DNA of 64,000 bases, taken from NCBI GenBank assembly GCA_050248855.1, contig JBFWRP010000020.1, positions 19,620 through 83,619 on the forward strand, read 5' to 3'. Shown in pieces: positions 28,599 to 37,896 of this stretch. The position numbers were made by a program, and so were the translations under genes. Position 1 is the stretch's first letter. Each line of letters starts with the position of its first letter. This stretch comes from Planctomycetota bacterium (lineage in GTDB: Bacteria; Planctomycetota; PLA2; JAEUHO01). Under the pieces are notes generated by a model. The model did no database searches. It was not told where the DNA came from and saw only the letters and a list, made by a program, of their open reading frames with translations.

Positions 28599-31175
28599 CT
28601 AACGAGGCTTCGCGCCCAAGACGACGAGGCGGCCGGGGACGACCCGGCGCTGCGTCACCTGCATGCCCTCGAGCGCACGGACGACGCCCTCCAGGGCCAG
28701 CGCCGCGGCGAGGATCGCGTCGTCACCGGCGTCGGCGGCCACGGTGAGGCGGCCGCGGACCTTCCCGTTGACCTGGACGGCAAGCTCGACCTCGTCGGCG
28801 ACGAGCGCCGCTTCGTCGAAGGACGGCCACGAGGCCGTGGACGCCCAACCGGGGAAACCCGTGCTGGTGGCGGCCAGATGCGACCACAGCTCGTCGGCAA
28901 CGTGCGGCGCGAACGGGCTCAGCATGGGCAGGAACGCTGCCAGCATCTCCTCGGGCACGACGTCCAGCTCGCCCATGCCGTTCAGCATGACCATCAGCTT
29001 GCTGATCGCCGTGTTGTAGGCCATCTGCTCCATGTCGCGGGTCATGCCCGCGATCGTGCCGTGGAGGAGCCTCCGCGCCGCGCCCTCGGCCGGCGCCGAC
29101 GTGCGCGGCTTGGCGGGGCCGTGGCTGTCGCCCATGACGAGACGCCACAGGCGATGCAGGAAGCGCGTGATGCCGTGGATCCCCGCATGGTCCCAGACCT
29201 TGTCGTCCTCGGGGGGACCCATGAACAGGATGTACAGACGCAGGGCGTCGGCGCCGTACTGCTCGACCAGATCGTCCGGGTTGGCCACGTTGAAGGCCGA
29301 CTTGCTCATCTTCATGACGACGCGCTCGACGGGCTCCCCGGTCTCGCGCTGCACCCACGTGCCATCCGCTCGTTGCGTGACCTCGGCGGGCGGCACGTAG
29401 CGCCCGGTGGAGGCTGCATCGGCCTCGATGCGCTTGTAGGCCGGCGCCGTGATCATGCCTTGGTTGACGAGACGCTGGAACGGCTCGGGCGTGCTCACGA
29501 GACCCGCGTCGAACAGCACCTTGTGCCAGAAGCGCGCGTACAGCAGGTGCAGGACGGCATGCTCGACGCCGCCGACGTACACGTCGACCGGCATCCACGC
29601 CTTCTCGGCCGCCTCGTCGACGAACCGGTCGGTGCAGTGGGGACTGATGTAGCGCAGGTAGTACCAGCAGGAGCCGGCCCACTGCGGCATGGTGTTCGTC
29701 TCGCGGCGGGCGGGTGACCCGTCGCGCGGGTCCGTCGTCTCGACCCACGACGGGATGCCCGCCAGCGGGCTCTCCCCCGTGCCCGTCGGCTCGTAGCGCG
29801 CCACGTCGGGCAGCGTGACGGGCAGCGCGTCCTCGCCGAGCAGGACCGTCTCGCCGTCGGCCCGGTGGATGACCGGGAAGGGTTCCCCCCAGTAGCGCTG
29901 ACGGGAGAACAGCCAGTCGCGCAGCTTGTACGTGATGCGCGCCCGTCCGTGGCCGGACGCCTCCAGCTGGGCGATCACCGTGCGCTTGGCTGCGGCGTTG
30001 TCCTGCCCATCGAGCGGACCGCTGTTCACGTGCGGGCCGTCGCCTTCGTAGGCCGCCACGGTCACGTCGCCGCCGGCGACGACCTCGCGAATGGGCAGGT
30101 CGAAGGCCCGCGCGAAGTCGTGGTCGCGCTGGTCGTGACCCGGCACGGCCATGACGGCACCCGTGCCGTAGCCCAGCAGGACGTAGTCGGCCACCCAGAT
30201 CGGGAGGCGCTCCCCGTTGACCGGGTTGATCGCGTACGCCCCCGTGGGCTCGCCCGTCTTCTCGCGGACGTCGGCCATCCGGTCGCGCTCCGACCGACGC
30301 GCGGCCCGCTCCACGTAGGCGGTCACGGCACCCGCTTGGGCCGGTGTCGTGATGGCAGCGACCAACGGGTGCTCGGGGGCCAGCGCGCAGTACGTGGCGC
30401 CATGGAGCGTGTCGGGGCGCGTGGTGAACACGGTGAACGACGCGTCGCGACCTTCGATGGCGAAGGTGATCTCGGCGCCCTCGCTGCGCCCGATCCACTG
30501 GCGCTGCATCTCCTTCAGCGACTCGGGCCAGTCCACCAGGTCCAGGTCGTCCAGCAGGCGCTGCGCGTACGCCGTGATCTTCAGCAGCCATTGCCGCATC
30601 GGGCGCTGCACGACGGGGTGGCCGCCGCGCTCGCTCTTGCCGTCGATGACCTCCTCGTTGGCCAGGACCGTGCCCAGGGCCTCGCACCAGTTGACGGGCA
30701 CGTCGGCCTCGTAGGCCAGGCCACGTTCGTAGAGCACGCGGAAGATCCACTGCGTCCAGCGGTAGTAGTCGGGGTCGGTCGTGTCGATTTCACGCGACCA
30801 GTCGTAGGACCAGCCCATGCGCTGCATCTGGCCCTTGAACGTGGCCACGTTGCGGTCCACGGCGGTGCGCGGATGCACGCCATGGCGGATGGCGTACTGC
30901 TCGGCGGGAAGCCCGAACGCGTCCCAGCCGGTGGGGTGGAGCACGTCGTAGCCCTGCAGGCGGGCGTGCCGCGCGATCACGTCGGAGATCGTGTAGATCT
31001 CCGCGTGTCCCATGTGCAGGCCGGCCCCCGACGGGTACGGGAACATGTCGAGCACGTAGCGCTTCGGCCGGCCGTCCCCGCGGGCGCGATGGCTGCCCGC
31101 CTCGTCCCAGCGCTCCCGCCACCGGGGCTCGATCGCGGCGGGGTCGTAGCCGCCTTCTTCCCTGCCGCCGGACAT
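28599..31175 (-). CDS. leuS: Leucyl-tRNA synthetase
   Basis: DMFPYPSGAGLHMGH, GWDAFGLPAE, FTTRPDT, GYGTGAVMAVPGHDQRD, SRQRYWG, KMSKS, QVNGKVR. Confidence 0.98.
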   Translation of the reverse strand: MSGGREEGGYDPAAIEPRWRERWDEAGSHRARGDGRPKRYVLDMFPYPSGAGLHMGHAEIYTISDVIARHARLQGYDVLHPTGWDAFGLPAEQYAIRHGVHPRTAVDRNVATFKGQMQRMGWSYDWSREIDTTDPDYYRWTQWIFRVLYERGLAYEADVPVNWCEALGTVLANEEVIDGKSERGGHPVVQRPMRQWLLKITAYAQRLLDDLDLVDWPESLKEMQRQWIGRSEGAEITFAIEGRDASFTVFTTRPDTLHGATYCALAPEHPLVAAITTPAQAGAVTAYVERAARRSERDRMADVREKTGEPTGAYAINPVNGERLPIWVADYVLLGYGTGAVMAVPGHDQRDHDFARAFDLPIREVVAGGDVTVAAYEGDGPHVNSGPLDGQDNAAAKRTVIAQLEASGHGRARITYKLRDWLFSRQRYWGEPFPVIHRADGETVLLGEDALPVTLPDVARYEPTGTGESPLAGIPSWVETTDPRDGSPARRETNTMPQWAGSCWYYLRYISPHCTDRFVDEAAEKAWMPVDVYVGGVEHAVLHLLYARFWHKVLFDAGLVSTPEPFQRLVNQGMITAPAYKRIEADAASTGRYVPPAEVTQRADGTWVQRETGEPVERVVMKMSKSAFNVANPDDLVEQYGADALRLYILFMGPPEDDKVWDHAGIHGITRFLHRLWRLVMGDSHGPAKPRTSAPAEGAARRLLHGTIAGMTRDMEQMAYNTAISKLMVMLNGMGELDVVPEEMLAAFLPMLSPFAPHVADELWSHLAATSTGFPGWASTASWPSFDEAALVADEVELAVQVNGKVRGRLTVAADAGDDAILAAALALEGVVRALEGMQVTQRRVVPGRLVVLGAKPR

Positions 31176-31290
31176 GGTCTTCTCCTTCGCTCGGACGCCC
31201 TTTGACGTCGGGCGAGCCGCAGAGGGTACCGATGTACGGGCCGGAGCGGCCGCCTTTGGCGCCGCGCCGTGATGGCTGGCCCGCGTCTGC

Positions 31291-31356
31291 AGACACGCCG
31301 TGGCGCGGGCGCCGGGGCCGAAGCGAGCCGCGGGCACGACGGGAAGGCGGGCCGGA
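31291..31356 (-). repeat. 66-bp repeat, inverted partner of 28522-28587
   Basis: Reverse complement matches 28522-28587 with 4 mismatches. Confidence 0.9.
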
Positions 31357-31451
31357 AGCGGTCCCCTGGGCGTCGCGGACGCGGATTCGAGCTGGGCCGT
31401 GGTGCCGCAAGCGGCGCGGTGGCCGCAGCAGGAGGGCTCTCCCGACGGACC

Positions 31452-32723
31452 TCAGGCGTGGCGCAGGGCTTCGACGGGGTCGAGGCGGGCGGCGCGCATG
31501 GCGGGGTAGATGCCGAAGACGAGGCCGATGCCGGCGGCGATGCCGAAGGCCAGGCCCAGGAACCAGGGATCCACGATCGTCTGGAGGCCGAACACCGTCG
31601 TGAGGACGTGGGGGAGCAGGATGCTCAAGCCCATCCCTAGCGTGCCGCCGATGGCGCAGAGCACCACGGTCTCCGCCAGGAACTGCAGGACGATGTGCCG
31701 GCGCTTGGCGCCGAGCGCGCGGCGGATGCCGATCTCGCGCGTCCGCTCCACGACGCTGGCCAGCATGATGTTCATGATGCCGATCCCGCCGACGAGGAGG
31801 CTGATGCCGGCAATCGTGCCCAGGATCAGCGTCCAGCGGGCGCGCGTCTCGCGCGCTTCGCGCAACAGCTCGAGCGGCACCGTCAGGCGCACGTCCTCTT
31901 GCGGGTGGCCGTCCTCCAACAGGCGGCGCAGGGCGCCGGCCACGCGGCCCACCGTGGCCTCGTCGCCGCGCGCCGCACGCACGGTGATCCGGTGCAGCTC
32001 GACCTCTTCCCGGTTCCGACTGCCACCGCGGTTGTCCACGATGATGCTGCCGTAGCGCTCGCGCATCGTGCTCCACGGGATGAGGATGGCCGCATCGCTC
32101 TCGCCACCGAGGCCGGCGGTGCCGCCGGTACCTTCGCCGCGCATCGCGAGGACGCCCACCACGCGGTAGGCGTTGTCCCCGACGTGCAGGTCGCGGCCGA
32201 GCGGGTCCGTGTTGAGGAACAGCCGCTGGGCGACTTCGCTGCCGAGCACGCACACGGCGAGGCGGTTCGCCTCGTCGGCCAAGGACAGGAAGCGCCCTCG
32301 AGCCACGACGAGGTTGGCGACCGCCTCGTAGTCCGGCGTCGTGCCGAACACGGTGGCGCGCATGCGTCGGGTGGCCACGCGGGCCTCCACGGGCACGTCG
32401 CGGCGGGGGACCGCCATGTCGATCTCGGGGACCGTGGCCTGGATGCGTCGGAGGTCGCGGTGCAGGAGGCCGTACGTGAGGACGCGCTGGTTGGCCCCCG
32501 TGCCGCTGGCCGGCTCGCTCGGCTTGACGCTGGCCAGCAGCAGGTTGTTGCTGCCCATGCGCCGGATCTGTTCCTGCGCGGCCTGGCTCTCGCCCTCGCC
32601 GATGGCGAGCATCGTGACCACGGCCGCCACGCCGAACACGACGCCGGACACGGTGAGCAACGAGCGCAGCTTGTGCTCGGCGATGCTCTTCCAGGCGAGC
32701 GCGAGCAGGCGTCCCGGCCTCAT
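31452..32723 (-). CDS. MacB-type ABC transporter permease
   Basis: HKLRSLLTVSGVVFGVAAV, ISLLVGGIGIMNIMLASVVERTREIGIRRALGA, PAMRAARLDPVEALR. Confidence 0.93.
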   Translation of the reverse strand: MRPGRLLALAWKSIAEHKLRSLLTVSGVVFGVAAVVTMLAIGEGESQAAQEQIRRMGSNNLLLASVKPSEPASGTGANQRVLTYGLLHRDLRRIQATVPEIDMAVPRRDVPVEARVATRRMRATVFGTTPDYEAVANLVVARGRFLSLADEANRLAVCVLGSEVAQRLFLNTDPLGRDLHVGDNAYRVVGVLAMRGEGTGGTAGLGGESDAAILIPWSTMRERYGSIIVDNRGGSRNREEVELHRITVRAARGDEATVGRVAGALRRLLEDGHPQEDVRLTVPLELLREARETRARWTLILGTIAGISLLVGGIGIMNIMLASVVERTREIGIRRALGAKRRHIVLQFLAETVVLCAIGGTLGMGLSILLPHVLTTVFGLQTIVDPWFLGLAFGIAAGIGLVFGIYPAMRAARLDPVEALRHA

Positions 32724-33424
32724 CGTGCCGCGCTCCCCACGGCGCGCTGTTCCTCACGCGCGATGCGACCGTCCAGCATGTGGATCGTGCGATGGGCGCG
32801 GGCGGCGACCTTGCGGTCGTGCGTCACGACGATCAACGTCCGGCCTTCGGCGGCCAGGGCATCGAGGAGGTCCAGGATCTCCAGTCCCGTGGCCGAGTCG
32901 AGGTTGCCGGTCGGCTCGTCCGCGAGCAGCAGGGAAGGGTCGTTGGCCAGGGCGCGGGCGATGGCGACGCGCTGCTGCTGCCCGCCAGAGAGCTCCGCGG
33001 GCCGGTGCCGGAGGCGTCCGCCCAGCCCCAAGCGCGTGGCCAGCTGCGTCGACCGCCTGCGGGCGTCGGCGGGTCGCGTGCCCGCGTACTCCATGGGCAC
33101 CTCGACGTTCTCCAGGACGGTGAGGTGGGGGATGAGGTTGTAGGACTGGAAGACGAACCCGAGTCGCCGGTTGCGTTCGTGGCTCAGCTGATCGTCTTCG
33201 AGGCGCGACACGTCCTTGCCGTCGAGCTCGTAGCTGCCGCTCGTGAGGCGGTCCAGGCAGCCGAGGATGTTGAGCAGCGTGGACTTCCCGGAGCCGGACT
33301 GGCCCATGATGGCGAGGTACTGGCCGCGCGGCACGACGAGGTCGAGCCCGTCGAGTGCGTGGACTTCCTCCTCGCCCATGCGGTACGTCCGCCGGGCCTG
33401 CGTCAGGCGGACGACGTCGCTCAT
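32720..33424 (-). CDS. MacB/LolD-type ABC transporter ATP-binding protein
   Basis: GQSGSGKST, GFVFQSYNL, LSGGQQQRVAIARAL, ADEPTGNLD, VTHD. Confidence 0.95.
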   Translation of the reverse strand: MSDVVRLTQARRTYRMGEEEVHALDGLDLVVPRGQYLAIMGQSGSGKSTLLNILGCLDRLTSGSYELDGKDVSRLEDDQLSHERNRRLGFVFQSYNLIPHLTVLENVEVPMEYAGTRPADARRRSTQLATRLGLGGRLRHRPAELSGGQQQRVAIARALANDPSLLLADEPTGNLDSATGLEILDLLDALAAEGRTLIVVTHDRKVAARAHRTIHMLDGRIAREEQRAVGSAAR

Positions 33425-35316
33425 CGACCGCGGCGCCCTCGCGAGCCGCCGGCGCTGGAGCTGCCTTCTGCCTCTCCCGTGCCTGCCGGGGAGGCCGGCG
33501 AGCCGCCCTCCGCGGGGCCGCCTTGGGGCTTGCCGCCTGGGGCGGGGTCTTCGGCGCTGCCCGGTGTCTCGCCGCGGCGCGGGGCCTCCGGCGGGGGGTT
33601 CAAGACCACGCGGTCCTGCGGCTCGAGACCCGTCTCGACGACGACGACGACGTCGGTGGCGGGGCCGAGCGTGACGTCTTGCCGCCGGATGCCGCCCCGG
33701 CCGTCGTCGACCCACACCGCAGGGCGGTGCGGCGGGCCCACGATGGCCTGCACCGGTACCGACAGAGCCCCCTCGACCACGCCGGTGAGGATCTCCACGC
33801 TCGCCGTCATGCCCGGCTTGAGCTCGGGGTGGCTGCCCTGGATCTCGATCGTGGTGGGGTAGACCTTGCGGTCCGGGTTCCACCAGCGGTCCGAGGCGCT
33901 CGGCATGCGGGCCACGTCGGTCACGTGACCCTCGAGACGGCGGCCGTCCTGCGCGTCCACGGCGATCGTGGCGAGCTGGCCCTTGCGCACGCGACGCACG
34001 ACGCTCTCGTGCACATCCACCGTCGCCGCGATGCGGTCCGGGCTCGGGATGCGCAGCAGCGCCTGGCGCTCGCGCACGGTCGAGCCCTCGCGGATGCGGT
34101 CGTCGTCGCCCCAGCGGCGCTCGTTGCCGCTGGAGGCGTAGACGACCATGCCGGCCGTCGTCGCCTTCATCGTGCACAGCTTGATCTGTCGCTGGAGGTG
34201 GGCGAGACGCTCGGTCTGCAGCGTGGCCTGCTCCTCCTTGGCCGACGCCTCGGCCTCGGCGCGTCGTTCGGCGGCGCTTGCCTTGTCGCGTTCGCGCGCC
34301 AGCTCGTCCTGGGCCTCCAGGTAGTCGGAGAGCAGGCGCTGGACTTCCTTGGGGAAGTCGTACGTCGCGAACTGGGCCCTCGCCGTGACGCTGCGCTCCA
34401 GGTCGATCTGGCTGCGCTGGAGCGCGAGGCGGTCCGCGTCGAGCTCCTCGCGCGAGATGAAGCCCTTCTCGGCCAAGCGCTCGGAGTGGTTCACCTTGTC
34501 TTCCGCCCGCCGGCGGACCTCTTCGCCGAGCCGGATCTCGCTTTCCAGCTCGCGGATGCGCTGGCGCGCCTCCCCGTCGAGGCGATCGTCGGCCAGGAGG
34601 GCGCCGTAGTCGCGCTGGCTGTCGACGGCGGCGACGGGGGCGACGCGGGCACCTCCGCCCTCGGGGTCCGGCGTCGTCGCCAAGTCGGGCCCGGCCAAGT
34701 CGAGGGCCAGGCGGCTGCCGACGTAGCGCTCGAGATCGAGGCGTGCGAAGCGCACGGCGAGCTCGGCCTTGCGGATGTCGGACTCGTTCTGGCGGCGCTG
34801 GATCTCGAGATTGCTGCGCGCGTTTTCCAACGACGCGTTGGCGCTCTTGACTTCGATGTCCTGGCGTCGCACCTGTTCCTCGAGCTCGCTCGTGTCCAGC
34901 TGCACCAGGACGAGCCCGTTCGCGATGTCCTCCTCCGTCACGATGCGGCCTTCGGGGACGATGGAGAGGATCGTCTGGCGGCCCTCGACCTGGTTGACGA
35001 TCTCGACGGGCTCGATGCTCTCGAGGCTGCCCTTCTCGACCAGCGTGAGGCGCAGGGTCGTGCGCTCCAGCGGAGGCGTGAGGCTCCACGTGCCCTGGTC
35101 GCCCTCGGTGCCCGCCTGCAGTCGCAGGAGCAGGAGTGCGGCGCCGCCGACGGCCAGCAACAGCAGGACCAACACGAGGCCAACGCCGCCGCGCTCGCCG
35201 CGGCGGCCCGGGCGATCGCCGCCGCGCTCGCCGCGGCGGCCCGGGCGATCGCCGCCGCGCTCGCCGCGGCGGCGGGAGCGGGCCCGAGGTGTGGGAGAGC
35301 GGCCGTCGGACATCAT
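33421..35316 (-). CDS. Efflux periplasmic adaptor (HlyD/MacA-like) with long coiled coil
   Basis: N-terminal TM, VEKGSLES, LVQLDTS, long heptad region, GMVVYA, LKPGMTASVEI, VPVQAI. Confidence 0.88.
   Translation of the reverse strand: MMSDGRSPTPRARSRRRGERGGDRPGRRGERGGDRPGRRGERGGVGLVLVLLLLAVGGAALLLLRLQAGTEGDQGTWSLTPPLERTTLRLTLVEKGSLESIEPVEIVNQVEGRQTILSIVPEGRIVTEEDIANGLVLVQLDTSELEEQVRRQDIEVKSANASLENARSNLEIQRRQNESDIRKAELAVRFARLDLERYVGSRLALDLAGPDLATTPDPEGGGARVAPVAAVDSQRDYGALLADDRLDGEARQRIRELESEIRLGEEVRRRAEDKVNHSERLAEKGFISREELDADRLALQRSQIDLERSVTARAQFATYDFPKEVQRLLSDYLEAQDELARERDKASAAERRAEAEASAKEEQATLQTERLAHLQRQIKLCTMKATTAGMVVYASSGNERRWGDDDRIREGSTVRERQALLRIPSPDRIAATVDVHESVVRRVRKGQLATIAVDAQDGRRLEGHVTDVARMPSASDRWWNPDRKVYPTTIEIQGSHPELKPGMTASVEILTGVVEGALSVPVQAIVGPPHRPAVWVDDGRGGIRRQDVTLGPATDVVVVVETGLEPQDRVVLNPPPEAPRRGETPGSAEDPAPGGKPQGGPAEGGSPASPAGTGEAEGSSSAGGSRGRRGR
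35185..35273. repeat. 33-bp coding tandem repeat (about 2.7 copies; GERGGDRPGRR)
   Basis: Unit GCCGCCGCGCTCGCCGCGGCGGCCCGGGCGATC at 35185, 35218 and partially at 35251. Confidence 0.85.
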
Positions 35317-37193
35317 CGGGAGGGCTCCTTCCCGCTGGTCGGCGGAGCGCCGAGCGCAGCGGAGGACGCGGCGTCGTCGGGCAGGACGATGTCGCGAGCT
35401 CCAGGGTTCGACGTCGCAGCGGCCGCCGTCAGCCCGGCCGGCCCGGGCGACTCGGGGCGCGCGGCGACCTGGTGGACCCCGGCTTCCGGTTCCCCCCAGG
35501 CGCCCTCTTCCACGGCAGGACCCGCCTGCGGCAGGGCCGGGGCCGCGCCTGCGGGCGGCTCCTCGAGGGGCGGCGCCCACGTCCAACCGGCGTTCTCGTC
35601 GACCACGAGCACGCCTGTCGCCCGCTCGGCTTCGAGGCGCACGAGGACGTGGTCGACCAGGGCCCGGGTCAAGGCGTTGGCCGAGGCCACGCGCGCGTTC
35701 TCCGCGTCGAGCCGGTCGCGGATGGTGGCCGCGCCCTGCTCGAGCAGGAGCTCGGTGCTTTCCACGCGTCGCTCTGCCAGCCGGAGGCTCTCGCGCTGGA
35801 GCATGATGCTCCGTGCCGCCTCGGCCAGGTCGCGCCAGGCCTGGCGGACCTCGACATCGACGGCGTCCCCCAGGCGCTCTTGATCGCGGCGCAGGCGTCG
35901 CGCGGTCACCAGACGTCGCACGAGCTCGTTGCGTTCGTCCGTACGCTCCAGCGGCAGGTCGACGTCGAGGCCGAGCAGGCTGTCGAATGCCGCATCGGCC
36001 AGGTCGAACGGTTGCTCGTTCTCCGTGGTCAGTCCGGCGCCGACCCGCAGGTCCAGGCCCATGCGCAGCGCGTCGCGGGCCACGGCCACGTGGCGGCACG
36101 CGTCCCGCTCCCGGTCGCGCGCCGTGGCCAGGTCCAGCCGGCGCACGGCGGCCGTGGCCAGGGCGTGCTCCAAGGAGAAGGGCGCGGGGAGGGGGCCCTC
36201 GGCGCGCAGTGCTTCCAGGGCCGTGTCGTCGAGCTCGACGCCGTCGGAGACGGGCAAGCCCATCGCGAGCAGCAGCTGCTCGATCGAGGCTTCGTAGGAA
36301 GCCAACGCACGAGCTCGTCGATCGTCGGCCTGCAGGAGCTCCTGCCGCGCCTGGTCGACCTGGAAGTCGGGGAGACGTCCGGACGACGCCTTGTCGGCCT
36401 GCACCTCGACGAGCGCCTGCAGGCTCTCGTACGTGCGCGTCTCGTTGCGCCAGATGTCGCGGAGCTGCAGCGTCCGGTAGAAGCGCGTGGCGATGTCGAT
36501 GGTGAACGCCTGCTGGAAGCGCGCGAACTCCCGTAGCTCGTAGAGCAGGTCGAACTGGGCTTGCCGCAAGGGCTCGAGGGCCACGAGCCGGCCGCTGCCC
36601 CGTGCCAAGGAAAGGACGAGCTCGCTGGCCAGCAGCGTGCGCGCCGTGCGCAGGGGGCTTCCCGTGAGATCGCGCAAGATGTCCGTGGCGATGGAGAGCA
36701 GGAGCGAGCCACCCGCTTCCAAGGACTGGATGACGCTGCCGTCGGCGGCGGCCGCGATCGACGTGCCGTCGTCCGTTCGCGCGACCTCGGCCGAGCCACC
36801 CAGGTCGTACTGCGTTCGCCAGCGGTGACGTTCCCCCGTGACCGCCAGGGCCGCGAGCCACACGCGCTCGCGGGCCTCGAGGTAGTCCTGCGAACCGTGC
36901 GCGGCGAGGGTCAGGGCCGTGGTCAGGTCGATGCGTGTCGGGACGTCGCTGCGCTGGGCGCGCGCGCGTTGCTCGGCCTCGATCAGGTCGAGCCGGCCGC
37001 GCACCTCGTCGACCGCCGCACGGCGGGCTGCCAGCAGACGCGTCACCTCATCACGGGCAGCAGCCGGCTGGTCTCGCGGGCCCGCGCTGCATGCGCTGGC
37101 GAGCAACCCGCAGAGCAGGGCGGCGGCGAGGCGCGTCGCCGCGGTTCCGGCCGACGCGACCCAGCGCGCACGCGAAGTGGAACGCGACGGCAC
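35313..37193 (-). CDS. TolC-family outer membrane channel (lipoprotein)
   Basis: Lipobox LASAC, LSLARGSGR, RRLDL, GLDVDLPLER, ERRVESTELLLEQG, DRLDAE. First gene of the adaptor/ABC operon. Confidence 0.85.
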   Translation of the reverse strand: MPSRSTSRARWVASAGTAATRLAAALLCGLLASACSAGPRDQPAAARDEVTRLLAARRAAVDEVRGRLDLIEAEQRARAQRSDVPTRIDLTTALTLAAHGSQDYLEARERVWLAALAVTGERHRWRTQYDLGGSAEVARTDDGTSIAAAADGSVIQSLEAGGSLLLSIATDILRDLTGSPLRTARTLLASELVLSLARGSGRLVALEPLRQAQFDLLYELREFARFQQAFTIDIATRFYRTLQLRDIWRNETRTYESLQALVEVQADKASSGRLPDFQVDQARQELLQADDRRARALASYEASIEQLLLAMGLPVSDGVELDDTALEALRAEGPLPAPFSLEHALATAAVRRLDLATARDRERDACRHVAVARDALRMGLDLRVGAGLTTENEQPFDLADAAFDSLLGLDVDLPLERTDERNELVRRLVTARRLRRDQERLGDAVDVEVRQAWRDLAEAARSIMLQRESLRLAERRVESTELLLEQGAATIRDRLDAENARVASANALTRALVDHVLVRLEAERATGVLVVDENAGWTWAPPLEEPPAGAAPALPQAGPAVEEGAWGEPEAGVHQVAARPESPGPAGLTAAAATSNPGARDIVLPDDAASSAALGAPPTSGKEPSR

Positions 37194-37199
37194 GCGGGC

Positions 37200-37517
37200 T
37201 CAGGAGGCCTGGGCCGCCCGCGTGCCCGCCCGCGGCAGGGCCTCGTCGGGCAGGCCACGAACGGAGATGCGGGGCGCGGTACCGCCTGCCGCCACGGGAC
37301 GGGCGAAGAAGTGGTGGCCCACGAGGCGATGCCCCGTGCCCGCCGCGACCACGACGCCGGCGGTCTCCGACGGCAGCGCATCGCGCGTGGCGCCTTCGGC
37401 GAAGCGCACGTCGGCGTCGAAGGCGCGGAGCACGCACTCCAGGTCCTTGCCTGCGTCCTGTCCGCCGAGCCAGGTCCATCCGTCGTGACGCACGAGGCGC
37501 AGGGCGAGCTGTTCCAT
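37200..37517 (-). CDS. Small hypothetical protein
   Basis: 105-aa ORF with GGAAGGA upstream of the ATG, ending 6 bp before the tolC-like start. Confidence 0.35.
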   Translation of the reverse strand: MEQLALRLVRHDGWTWLGGQDAGKDLECVLRAFDADVRFAEGATRDALPSETAGVVVAAGTGHRLVGHHFFARPVAAGGTAPRISVRGLPDEALPRAGTRAAQAS

Positions 37518-37896
37518 CTGTCCTTCCCGGAGAGCCGTGACTTCGCGCCTCCTGGCGACCTGCACGAGCCGGGAGCGAGTTGGCTCCCGAGGACGCGCGT
37601 GCCTCCCGGAGACGGTCGTGTCCGCTGGGGACGCCAGAGCGGGCGCTTGGGTTGCCCGTGTGGCGGCAGCGGCCTGCGAACGCGTGCGGAGGCCCACCGT
37701 AAGGCCTTGATCAGGTCCTGAGCGCGGATTTTCGCACTTGTCCTACGCACCGCATGGCTACACTTGCCTGCCTCGCGGGCCCGGGCAGGGGACCGCCGCC
37801 CCCACGGACGTCCGTGGGCACGGCGGGCCGACAGGCTCGGGACGCGAGCGTCGTGGGGGACATCTCCACGACGAATCGTCCATGACGGAGGGAATC

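Noticed and set aside
35317..36861. Fusion of tolC-frame sequence with the adaptor (1146-aa ORF)
   Set aside because: Alternative frame within the tolC-like gene. The adaptor plausibly starts at 35316, overlapping the tolC stop.
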